Origin: an uncultured archaeon
GTDB lineage: Archaea; Nanobdellota; Nanobdellia; Pacearchaeales; GW2011-AR1
NCBI GenBank assembly: GCA_902385635.1
Contig: CABMGN010000004.1
Span: forward strand, 21 to 64,020
DNA length: 64,000 nucleotides
Reading direction: 5' to 3'
The number at the start of each line of letters is the position of its first letter. Position 1 is the stretch's first letter. Below, in pieces: positions 36,059 to 43,582 of this stretch. Both the position numbers and the translations under genes were made by a program. The notes beneath the pieces were generated by a model that was not told the origin of the DNA, made no database searches, and saw nothing but the letters and a program-made list of their open reading frames with translations.

Positions 36059-37468
36059 CTAACACCCTCTTCGAAAGTTATGTTTGTCCTTGTGTCTAAC
36101 ATAAACATTTATTATTAAAAAAATTCCTGACAAGATTAGAGAGATTATAATAATTAAATAGAATAAATTGAATCTTAAGGGGATTGGTAATGTAATCAAG
36201 ATCCCAAATATAGATATTAAGCTTATTTCTAGATACTTCATAAATTGTTCTCTTCCATACCTTAAAATTAGACAAAAATATATTAGAGAAAGTAAAATAA
36301 AAGAGATGAAAATTAATTGATAAACAAAGGGCCTATCAAATAATAGTCTTATTTCTTTAAGATCTTCAACTTCATCCAAAGAGCCGTAATAAACTATCCC
36401 CTCGGGATCCCCATTTGGGCTAGTACTTGAGCGAACTGTTCTTAATGGATAAGTAATGATATTAAGAGTGAATCCTTTATTATTCACTCCATTTTTTATA
36501 ATTAAGTCATGAGTATTATTAGTTGAGAGAAAAATCTTACTAGTAAGGTCTTCCGACTTTTTCTGGTTAAAACTAAAACCTCTTGGCTCAGTTATAAAAA
36601 AAGATATCTTAGCATATCTAACTAATTCGCTTTTTTCTGAGGAGTATAACAAAGAAACTGATTCTGGGAAGAAGATCTTGTTAGATTTTACTTCATCAAA
36701 TGGAAATCGAAAAGGGCGAATATCTATTGTTTTTTCTAATGCATAATCTATTTTTATATGGTGCTTAGTGTTATTTTGTAACTTTATAAAAAGGGTGGTT
36801 CCATTTGAATAATCTAAGGTGGTTGTACATGATTCTTTATTATCCGTACAATCAAAGACGTGAAGGAAATTAAGGTCCGTTCCTTCTAAGGGGTAAGACA
36901 GAGACATTTGGGTTACCTCTGGAGATAAAATGATATCAATTTCATCGGTTATTTTCAAAGGAAAATCAAAGTTTAATGTCCTTTTCCAGTCTAATACATG
37001 ATAATTTAAAGAAGTGGCAGTCCAATTCAGAGAAAATATTGGAGAAGGTTCGATATAACTCCCAGGGATATCAAGGAAAAAAGAGTAGTTCATACTCTCT
37101 TCCTCATTCTTAACACTCCAAGAGATATTGTTTATATCCGCTTGTGAACTTAGATTAAATTGAATACTCTTTCGTTGGGATCGATTATTCTGATTTATAA
37201 TCCAGAGGGTTACATCCTCCAAAGATTCATTTTTACAAGAATTTGCCAAGTTTGCTGATAGATCTACATAATCCCCCCTAATGTAGTTATAAACAGATTC
37301 TTGATTAACTCCCAGTGAAGGGCAAGCATTAAACGATCCATAGATAGAACAGTTGTAAGGAAGAGTGATGTTGATGTTTGTGATAGCTAGTGCTTCAATT
37401 ACAGAAATAGCAAAAGAAAGGGTTAATAACGGTATAATTATGAATAATAAAGGTTTATATTTTCCCAT
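36059..37468 (-). CDS. glycoprotein-like envelope/surface protein (signal peptide, many N-x-S/T sequons, 3 C-terminal TMs)
   Basis: 469 aa. 'LLFIIIPLLTLSFAISVIEA' signal. More than 12 sequons (NIT, NCS, NRS, NLS, NIS, NYS, NWT, NGT, NNT...). Hydrophobic C-terminus. Confidence 0.6.
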   Translation of the reverse strand: MGKYKPLLFIIIPLLTLSFAISVIEALAITNINITLPYNCSIYGSFNACPSLGVNQESVYNYIRGDYVDLSANLANSCKNESLEDVTLWIINQNNRSQRKSIQFNLSSQADINNISWSVKNEEESMNYSFFLDIPGSYIEPSPIFSLNWTATSLNYHVLDWKRTLNFDFPLKITDEIDIILSPEVTQMSLSYPLEGTDLNFLHVFDCTDNKESCTTTLDYSNGTTLFIKLQNNTKHHIKIDYALEKTIDIRPFRFPFDEVKSNKIFFPESVSLLYSSEKSELVRYAKISFFITEPRGFSFNQKKSEDLTSKIFLSTNNTHDLIIKNGVNNKGFTLNIITYPLRTVRSSTSPNGDPEGIVYYGSLDEVEDLKEIRLLFDRPFVYQLIFISFILLSLIYFCLILRYGREQFMKYLEISLISIFGILITLPIPLRFNLFYLIIIISLILSGIFLIINVYVRHKDKHNFRRGC

Positions 37469-37589
37469 ATTTTTTTGAGGGATTACTAATTAATAAGTAT
37501 TACTCTTTCTAGAAACATCTTCCCCTAATCGCATATTAATATATTTGTGTATTTACGTAATCATGTACTCTCGTATTCACAGATTGCCT

Positions 37590-37850
37590 TAATGACGTAG
37601 TGAAGTAATGAAGTAATGCAGTGTTTAAGACTTGAAGCTTTTAAGTATTGAAGATTTAAAGCTTTTGAGTAAATTCTTTGTAATTGAGTAATCTTGAAGA
37701 AAATGAGCAAAATAAGCAGTTTAAGAGAATTAAGTACTTTTAACAGATTAAACAGTTTTACTGAATTTACTGAATCTAGTAAAGAGGGTAAAGATAGTAA
37801 AAGTAGTAAAATAAGTAGATCAAGTGCATTAAGAGGTTCAAGATTTTCAG
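37590..37850. repeat. C-depleted tract of degenerate short tandem/dispersed repeats
   Basis: GAAGTAAT x2, TTGAAG x3, AGCTTTT x2, TTACTGAAT x2 in tandem, AGTAAA x3. About 17 C in 240 nt by hand count on the plus strand. Confidence 0.5.
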
Positions 37851-37851
37851 C

Positions 37852-38253
37852 TTATTTAGCTTTACTTACTTTTCTCACTTTCTTTAGATAAATGTCTAAG
37901 AATGGCAAACGCCTGTCAACCGGTGTTTGTTTTCCTGCCTTAACTTCTTCCCAGGAATCCTTTCGGACTCTAAATTTACCATTTTTCAGCCTTTCTAGAT
38001 AACTTCGCTTAACTAGGTCTTCACAAGCCCTTTTGTAGTTTGAATAGCTGGCACTTACGTAAGCCCTGGCTATTTCCATGTAAGTTGAAGGTCTATTACT
38101 GTTCTTTATAAAAAAAGCAAGCACAGATATCTCAGTTTTAGACCAGAGTGTATGCTCTTTGATTACAATTTTGCGATCGTCTCTCTTAAACGGGACTTTC
38201 AGAAGTTTCTCAAATTCCTTTTGACTAATCTCTTCTTGGTCTTCCATTTGCAA
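37852..38253 (-). CDS. wHTH-like DNA-binding protein
   Basis: 'STYMEIARAYVSASYSNYKRACEDLVKRSYLERLKNGKFRV' looks like an HTH plus wing. 133 aa. Confidence 0.45.
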   Translation of the reverse strand: MQMEDQEEISQKEFEKLLKVPFKRDDRKIVIKEHTLWSKTEISVLAFFIKNSNRPSTYMEIARAYVSASYSNYKRACEDLVKRSYLERLKNGKFRVRKDSWEEVKAGKQTPVDRRLPFLDIYLKKVRKVSKAK

Positions 38254-38398
38254 TTATCTCAATTTATTTGCACGCCCGCTTAAATAGTTTTTCACTTTTT
38301 CTCTGTTATGAAAACAATTGAAGAAAAACTTGAAGCGTTACAGGTAATGCTTGAACGCCTTGAATTAAAAGTACATAGGAAAATAATGGAGAGAGAAC

Positions 38399-38575
38399 AT
38401 GAAAAAGAACTCCCACTTACACATTCTAATTGAAACAAATCTACTAACAAAACTAAAAGAAGAAGCTCAAAAGAGGAATCTTTCACTAGGGCAATTTTGC
38501 AGGTTAAAACTAAAAAAACAAGACCAATTAGACAGAATTGAAACAAAAGTAGATAAGATTTTGAAAAAGACCTAA
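38399..38575 (+). CDS. ribbon-helix-helix (CopG/Arc-like) protein, 58 aa
   Basis: Hand translation: MKKNSHLHILIETNLLTKLKEEAQKRNLSLGQFCRLKLKKQDQLDRIETKVDKILKKT*. Beta-strand then two helices is the RHH pattern. Not in the ORF track. Confidence 0.5.
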   Translation: MKKNSHLHILIETNLLTKLKEEAQKRNLSLGQFCRLKLKKQDQLDRIETKVDKILKKT

Positions 38576-38576
38576 C

Positions 38577-39149
38577 TTATATTTTAGATACTATTTCATT
38601 CCAAGAGTAAATTAGCATAATTGTTTTATAAAATCCATATAAGAAAAGAATAAACCCGGGTTGGGATAAAAAATAAACAGTAAGATCTTGCAAAATTAAT
38701 GGGTTCGGGGTAAAGATCAAATCCCCGAGTAGAAGGAATATACTTATTAGAAAAGAAGCTATGATTCTAAATAATATCTTTTTAAGATTTATCTGTTCAT
38801 GAAAGATAGTCAAATTATCGGATTCTTCTCTAATCTTGCCGATTTCATCAGAAACTGAATTATAATCATTCTCGCTATAGTTATTTATTTTTTTTAAAGA
38901 TTCTGAAACATTTGCTACAAATTTTGTCCTGTAAGAAACTATTAACTTTTCCTTACTTTCTTTTATCCTTTTTTGAATAACCAGAGGGTAAAAGATTGCT
39001 ACAAATGCTAATAAGGATACATCCAGAGACAAGATTGCATAATAGTTATTTCTGATACTTGAAGTATACGCCAAAGAGATAACACCAAATAGTAAAAAAA
39101 GAATAGGCATCCAATCTTTTAATTTAAGAAAAAATTCTTTTCTTTCCAT
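38577..39149 (-). CDS. membrane protein (4 TM with central soluble loop)
   Basis: 190-aa clean ORF, 1 nt downstream of the preceding gene in the integrase operon. Confidence 0.5.
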   Translation of the reverse strand: MERKEFFLKLKDWMPILFLLFGVISLAYTSSIRNNYYAILSLDVSLLAFVAIFYPLVIQKRIKESKEKLIVSYRTKFVANVSESLKKINNYSENDYNSVSDEIGKIREESDNLTIFHEQINLKKILFRIIASFLISIFLLLGDLIFTPNPLILQDLTVYFLSQPGFILFLYGFYKTIMLIYSWNEIVSKI

Positions 39150-39150
39150 T

Positions 39151-39528
39151 TTAGTTTTTACCTGACTTTTTATCTTTTTTTTTAGAAGATATTAGCCAGA
39201 TAAACCAGCATATTAAAGATAAAACAGAAAGGATTAATATAACCCAAGCAAAAGTTACAACCCCGATAAGACCGCTTTTTTCTAAAACTATAAGAATAAT
39301 ACTTATTGCTAAAAAAATCCAAGAAATCCAACTACCAAAGTTTTGTGCAACGCCATTTTTTAGTTCCACACCATTAATTATAATTGCTATAGAAAACAAA
39401 GGTAAAACCCAAGGTTCTATCGTTTCAGAAGCAAGATCTAGAAAAGTACGAATAATTGTCTCTGCTAGAATAAATCCTCCAATAATTATTAATAATTCCC
39501 CTATCGTTTTTTTGTCGATACCTTCCAT
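39151..39528 (-). CDS. membrane protein (4 TM, basic tail)
   Basis: 125-aa hydrophobic ORF ending 'KKKDKKSGKN'. Confidence 0.5.
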   Translation of the reverse strand: MEGIDKKTIGELLIIIGGFILAETIIRTFLDLASETIEPWVLPLFSIAIIINGVELKNGVAQNFGSWISWIFLAISIILIVLEKSGLIGVVTFAWVILILSVLSLICWFIWLISSKKKDKKSGKN

Positions 39529-39582
39529 AAAAGGTCGAATAATGAAATGCTTTTAAAGTTTTCTAGGCTAGTTAATAGAATT

Positions 39583-39729
39583 CTAACTTTTACAATATTT
39601 AAAAAATTCTTTCAAAAAATAAAACATTCCTTCTCCAAATTCAGTCAAGTCTTTATTCCTTTTTAGCTTTTTGCAGTCTTCATAATCTTCTCTTAATTGT
39701 TTAGCAAGTCGTTCTGGAATTTTCATCAT
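39583..39729 (-). CDS. 48-aa ORF translationally coupled to the integrase
   Basis: ATGATGA overlap with the integrase stop. Hand translation: MMKIPERLAKQLREDYEDCKKLKRNKDLTEFGEGMFYFLKEFFKYCKS*. Confidence 0.3.
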   Translation of the reverse strand: MMKIPERLAKQLREDYEDCKKLKRNKDLTEFGEGMFYFLKEFFKYCKS

Positions 39730-40883
39730 AACTTCTCAATAACTTGATCTAAACGAATGAGAGTCTCCATAAACCTATCAACTTTCTCTTCTATAGCTTT
39801 CATTCTATCATCAAGAATCTGTTTATCTCTACTACTCTGTTGGAGATTCTTCTCAAGCTCCGTCTTTTCTTCAGCAAGAACAAGATCATCTTGAGTAATT
39901 GTGTCTTTCATTCCTAATAATTCTGAATAATAATGAATTTTATCTGATTTTTTCCAACCAAATCTATACTTCAATGCCGACTCTGATTTGTAACGGGGAA
40001 GCCAATAACAGCAAGAACAATGCCTAAAATCGTACATTGTGAGCTCGGAGTACTTTTCTCCAGCCAAACTTACTTTATCCCCTAAAACTCTTTCTGCTAG
40101 TCTTTGCAGGTATTTGTTAACTGTGGCTGGCTTTATTGAAAACAAATAGTCCTCTTGGCTAAGTTCCTTTTCTAGGACATATTCCTTAATATGTTGAAAG
40201 CAAAGCATTAGCTTTATCTTTCTCCCAAAAGTTTTACTTATTTCTTCCCGGATCATTAGCTCCTTAAAATCTCCATAGAAATCTGAAACCTTAACATTCA
40301 CTAGTTCCGTTGGAGACCTAATTCCCGTATCAAATAAAAACATGATTAAAACCTTATAGTCCCATCTCGCCTTATTACATAACTTTTTTATTTGCTCTTC
40401 TGTCAAGTAAACCCAGTGGGGCTTTTCTCCTCTCGAGTCTAAATCAGTAGCAATGTCGGGGATTTCCTTTCCTTGTTTCTTGTTTACTATCTGCCACCAA
40501 TGCCAAAATGCTTTGATAATTTTTACAAAATAATTAACTGATTGGTACATTTTGCCATCATTTCTTGCAATTTCTCCCTTCCTCATTTTTGAAAAGAAGA
40601 GAACAAGCTGATTTTCAGTTATTTCAGTTATGTCATCAAGATTATAAATTTCTTTGAACTTTTTTGCAAAAAAATACATTTTTTCTCTAAGTGTGTTAAG
40701 CCGAATAAAGCTTCTACATCCCTTAACACTTTTTTGAGAGACATTTAAGCCATGTTCCATATCAGTTACATACCTGAGAATTAAGTCAGAATTTTTCTTT
40801 GAGATATTTGGAACTCCTTCAATTAGAACTTTTTCTTTCCATTTTTTATATTTCTCTTCATGGTTATAGGGGTCTATCTTCAT
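39726..40883 (-). CDS. int: tyrosine recombinase / integrase
   Basis: Box I 'DTGIRSPTEL', box II 'DFRHCSCCYW', and the C-terminal Tyr region 'KIHYYSELL'. Confidence 0.85.
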   Translation of the reverse strand: MKIDPYNHEEKYKKWKEKVLIEGVPNISKKNSDLILRYVTDMEHGLNVSQKSVKGCRSFIRLNTLREKMYFFAKKFKEIYNLDDITEITENQLVLFFSKMRKGEIARNDGKMYQSVNYFVKIIKAFWHWWQIVNKKQGKEIPDIATDLDSRGEKPHWVYLTEEQIKKLCNKARWDYKVLIMFLFDTGIRSPTELVNVKVSDFYGDFKELMIREEISKTFGRKIKLMLCFQHIKEYVLEKELSQEDYLFSIKPATVNKYLQRLAERVLGDKVSLAGEKYSELTMYDFRHCSCCYWLPRYKSESALKYRFGWKKSDKIHYYSELLGMKDTITQDDLVLAEEKTELEKNLQQSSRDKQILDDRMKAIEEKVDRFMETLIRLDQVIEKL

Positions 40884-40988
40884 GAAAGATAAAATTAAAT
40901 CTTATTTAAAAGAAACCACAACAACTGTTGAACATGTTGCTAAGTTGAGTATAAAAATGTTTAAATTCGAAGAAAATCTTTATCATAT

Positions 40989-41756
40989 ATGGATATCAGT
41001 CAAGCAATAGTTAGTTTTAAGCAAGAAGTTCGAAATTTCTCTGAAGATATACTTGGAGTTGGAAAATATGCGACTCCAATTTATAGATCTGCAGAAAAGA
41101 TTATCCACTTCATAGATAATCCCTCTCAAAAATTAGAAGAAATATTCACAAAATTGAAAGAAGAGTGTCTTAATTATGATACTGCTCAAGACTTTTTTGG
41201 AGGTAAAGAAGAAAAAGGATTATATCACTATGCGGAGTTACTTCTTATAGAAGTAGATAAAATTAGATTCAACAAAGATCAGACATTTTCAAAAAAAGAA
41301 AACAAGTATCATTTAAGAGAAGATAAAAAAATATTTATAATTCATGGAAGAAGAACTGATCTAGCAGATGAATTGCACAGAATCTTGAATGAACATAAGT
41401 TAAATTCCGTTATTTTACAATATATACCAAATACTGGAAGAACAATCATAGAAAAACTTGAAGAAGATGGTTTTAATTCTTCAGACTATGCTATAGCAAT
41501 TATGACCCCTGATGATTCTGGAGGATTAATTAACTCAAAAAAAGATTCGCCAAGAGCTAGACAGAACGTTATTCTAGAGATTGGGGCATTTGTAATGAAA
41601 GATCGTAAGAGATTATGTATACTAAAAAATGGTGAAGTAGAGTTGCCTTCGGATTTATCTGGAGTTTTATATCTAGAATTTGACAAAAAAATAGAAGAAA
41701 TTTCAAGGGCTATTCTTAGGGAATTGTCCAAGTCGGGTTTTAACATTTCTTTTTAG
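40989..41756 (+). CDS. TIR-like (Cap12/PycTIR-type, COG4271-like) domain protein with novel ~105-aa N-terminal domain
   Basis: 'KIFIIHGRR...AIAIMTPDD.....ARQNVILEIGAF....R.CIL....ELPSDLSG' matches the prokaryotic TIR-like effector signature, including the conserved Glu. Confidence 0.7.
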   Translation: MDISQAIVSFKQEVRNFSEDILGVGKYATPIYRSAEKIIHFIDNPSQKLEEIFTKLKEECLNYDTAQDFFGGKEEKGLYHYAELLLIEVDKIRFNKDQTFSKKENKYHLREDKKIFIIHGRRTDLADELHRILNEHKLNSVILQYIPNTGRTIIEKLEEDGFNSSDYAIAIMTPDDSGGLINSKKDSPRARQNVILEIGAFVMKDRKRLCILKNGEVELPSDLSGVLYLEFDKKIEEISRAILRELSKSGFNISF

Positions 41757-42136
41757 AATAAGATATTTACTATTGCAGAAATCGCCAAAATAGCAGTTAA
41801 AATAACCAACCAAAGTTGTAATAAGTCAACTCTCTTTTTTTCTCTAACCTCTCTCGATTGTTTCTCCAGTTCTAATGCTATATTGAATCCTTTTTCAGTT
41901 AAATCAACCCAGTCACTATACTCTTTATAACTCTGTATATTCAGTCTGGTAAGTTTATTATCTTCTAAAAAGGAAATGGACTCTCCCAATTCATGACCCT
42001 TAATCCTAAGTCTCTTTGCAAGATCATGTTGGTCATCCCAGTAACTCATCTTTCCCGAAGAGCAATACTTACCTGGGGCATGTCTATAAATTTCCAGTAA
42101 CACCTTCTTCCAAGTATTAGGTTTTCTAATCTCCAT
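41753..42136 (-). CDS. wHTH-like protein with C-terminal TM helix
   Basis: 127 aa. 'LAKRLRIKGHELGESISFLEDNKL' HTH-like segment. C-terminal 'LWLVILTAILAISAIVNILF'. Confidence 0.45.
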   Translation of the reverse strand: MEIRKPNTWKKVLLEIYRHAPGKYCSSGKMSYWDDQHDLAKRLRIKGHELGESISFLEDNKLTRLNIQSYKEYSDWVDLTEKGFNIALELEKQSREVREKKRVDLLQLWLVILTAILAISAIVNILF

Positions 42137-42205
42137 AATTTTCTTAGAAAAAACCTATTTTTAACGATTTATATAAAAAGCCCACACAAACTAGACAAGT
42201 CTTTC

Positions 42206-42219
42206 GAGCGCCCCGTCCG
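42206..42219. repeat. att core, tRNA-proximal copy
   Basis: Identical to 33525-33538. Covers the discriminator plus the 3' acceptor strand of tRNA-Glu and 3 nt beyond. Confidence 0.65.
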
Positions 42220-42281
42220 GGATTCGAACCCGGGTTACTGCCTTGAAAGGGAAGTGTACTTGGCCTCTGTACTAACGGGGC
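42209..42281 (-). tRNA. tRNA-Glu(UUC)
   Basis: Acceptor GCCCCGT/ACGGGGC, anticodon arm CTTCC-CTTTCAA-GGCAG (one U-C mismatch), T-arm CCGGG-TTCGAAT-CCCGG. 73 nt. Confidence 0.85.
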
Positions 42282-42421
42282 TTATTTCTCCAGAAAAGTG
42301 AATTTCCCGAAGATAAAAAGTTGAACTAAAGTTCACTTATAAAGTTTTTGAATTTTTGAGTAAAGGGAGGAAGAGTCGAGTTTTACAAAAGAAATAAAAA
42401 GGCTCTTTTTTTAGTGATTTA

Positions 42422-43381
42422 ATGGGAAAAGTGCCCCCAGAGCAAAAAATAAATGATCTCATCTTCAAGGAGCTTCTTAAGAGAGGTTATTCTCTAGACG
42501 GAAAGACAAGGGTATGGAACATTGCTGATTCTAAATTATGGTATTTAACTCCAGAACAGGCTCAGGCATTTCTAGATCTTGAAGGATCAAAAGAATATCA
42601 TAAGGATGTTATACAAAAGGAAATAGATCTTATCAATGATAGTATGACAAAGATTCTAGAAAAAATAAAGAATGAACCTCTGAATGTTATTGATCTTGGA
42701 TGTGGAGACGGAAAGAAAGCAGCTCTTTTCATTGGGAAACTGAAGAATACCGGACTGGTAAGATACTGCCCGATCGATATAAGTTCGTATATGGTAGAGA
42801 AAGCTGTTGATAAAATCAATAAATTAGGTGTTGGAGAAGTTGTAGAGTTTCAGTGGAATATTTCGGATTTTGAAAACATGGGGAACATTACCTCACTATT
42901 AAGACACGGGAAGTTCAAGAATAATCTAATTCTTTTACTTGGAAATACTCTAGGAAACTTTGAAATTCACGAATTACTTTACGGAATTAGAAGCTCTATG
43001 AAAGATGGAGACTTGCTTTTGATTGGAAACGGATTAAACAGCGAAGATCCTAAAATGATTCTAAAAGCATATGATAATAAGTTACTAGATAACCTTCTGT
43101 TTAAGACTCTTGACCAGATTGGATTCAAAAAAGAGAATATAAAATACGGAGCAAGGTTTGTTAATTCTAGAGTAGAAATGTACTATACAATTATGAATGA
43201 TTTTGAAATTTCATTCTTAGGTAAAAAGATACAGTTTCAGAGAGGAGATCAGATAATTGTTGCACTTTCATACAAATACAATCAGTATGATTTTAGAAGT
43301 TTCTTGAATATGTACTTTAGTGAAGTAGATCTTTTTGCAACAAAAGACTCTGCTTATGCTCTTGCTCTTTGTAAGAAGTAA
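42422..43381 (+). CDS. class I SAM-dependent methyltransferase (EgtD/Methyltransf_33-like)
   Basis: Motif I 'VIDLGCGDGKK', then 'YCPIDIS'. Confidence 0.65.
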   Translation: MGKVPPEQKINDLIFKELLKRGYSLDGKTRVWNIADSKLWYLTPEQAQAFLDLEGSKEYHKDVIQKEIDLINDSMTKILEKIKNEPLNVIDLGCGDGKKAALFIGKLKNTGLVRYCPIDISSYMVEKAVDKINKLGVGEVVEFQWNISDFENMGNITSLLRHGKFKNNLILLLGNTLGNFEIHELLYGIRSSMKDGDLLLIGNGLNSEDPKMILKAYDNKLLDNLLFKTLDQIGFKKENIKYGARFVNSRVEMYYTIMNDFEISFLGKKIQFQRGDQIIVALSYKYNQYDFRSFLNMYFSEVDLFATKDSAYALALCKK

Positions 43382-43398
43382 TTCTTTGTTAAAATTTA

Positions 43399-43521
43399 TG
43401 AGCCTACACGGATTTGAACCGTGGACCCCCGCCTCTCTTAGACTTTTTCTATGAGATCAGCAATCCTGATGGAATGCAGTCCTATAAGAGCGGTGCTCTA
43501 ACCAGGCTGAGCTATAGGCTC
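43399..43521 (-). tRNA. tRNA-Ile(UAU) with a 48-nt canonical (37/38) intron at 43435-43482
   Basis: Exons fold to a 75-nt cloverleaf (acceptor GAGCCTA/TAGGCTC, T-arm CACGG-TTCAAAT-CCGTG). The junction forms a textbook bulge-helix-bulge: CCGCU/GGCGG stem, 3-nt bulge AGA, 4-bp CUUA/UAAG, 3-nt bulge UAG, GAC/GUC. Confidence 0.75.
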
Positions 43522-43582
43522 ACTAATTTAACACAAACTTCACATCGATAATATATTTAAAGGTTTTTCCACACCCGAGTAT

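Larger units (their letters stand above)
33525..42219. mobile_element. tRNA-Glu-integrated element (~8.7 kb) with tyrosine integrase
   Basis: Bounded by the direct repeat GAGCGCCCCGTCCG (33525-33538 and 42206-42219). The right copy is the 3' end of tRNA-Glu. Intact integrase and non-housekeeping cargo lie inside. Confidence 0.65.

Noticed and set aside
37694-37891. 65-aa ORF (S/K-rich, TTG start) inside the repeat tract
   Set aside because: Low-complexity translation produced by the AGT/AAG-rich repeats. It also overlaps the 3' end of the convergent gene 37852-38253.
38292-38546. 84-aa minus-strand ORF from the track
   Set aside because: Leu/Phe/Ser/Cys-rich shadow of the plus-strand RHH gene, with no membrane or protein-family logic.
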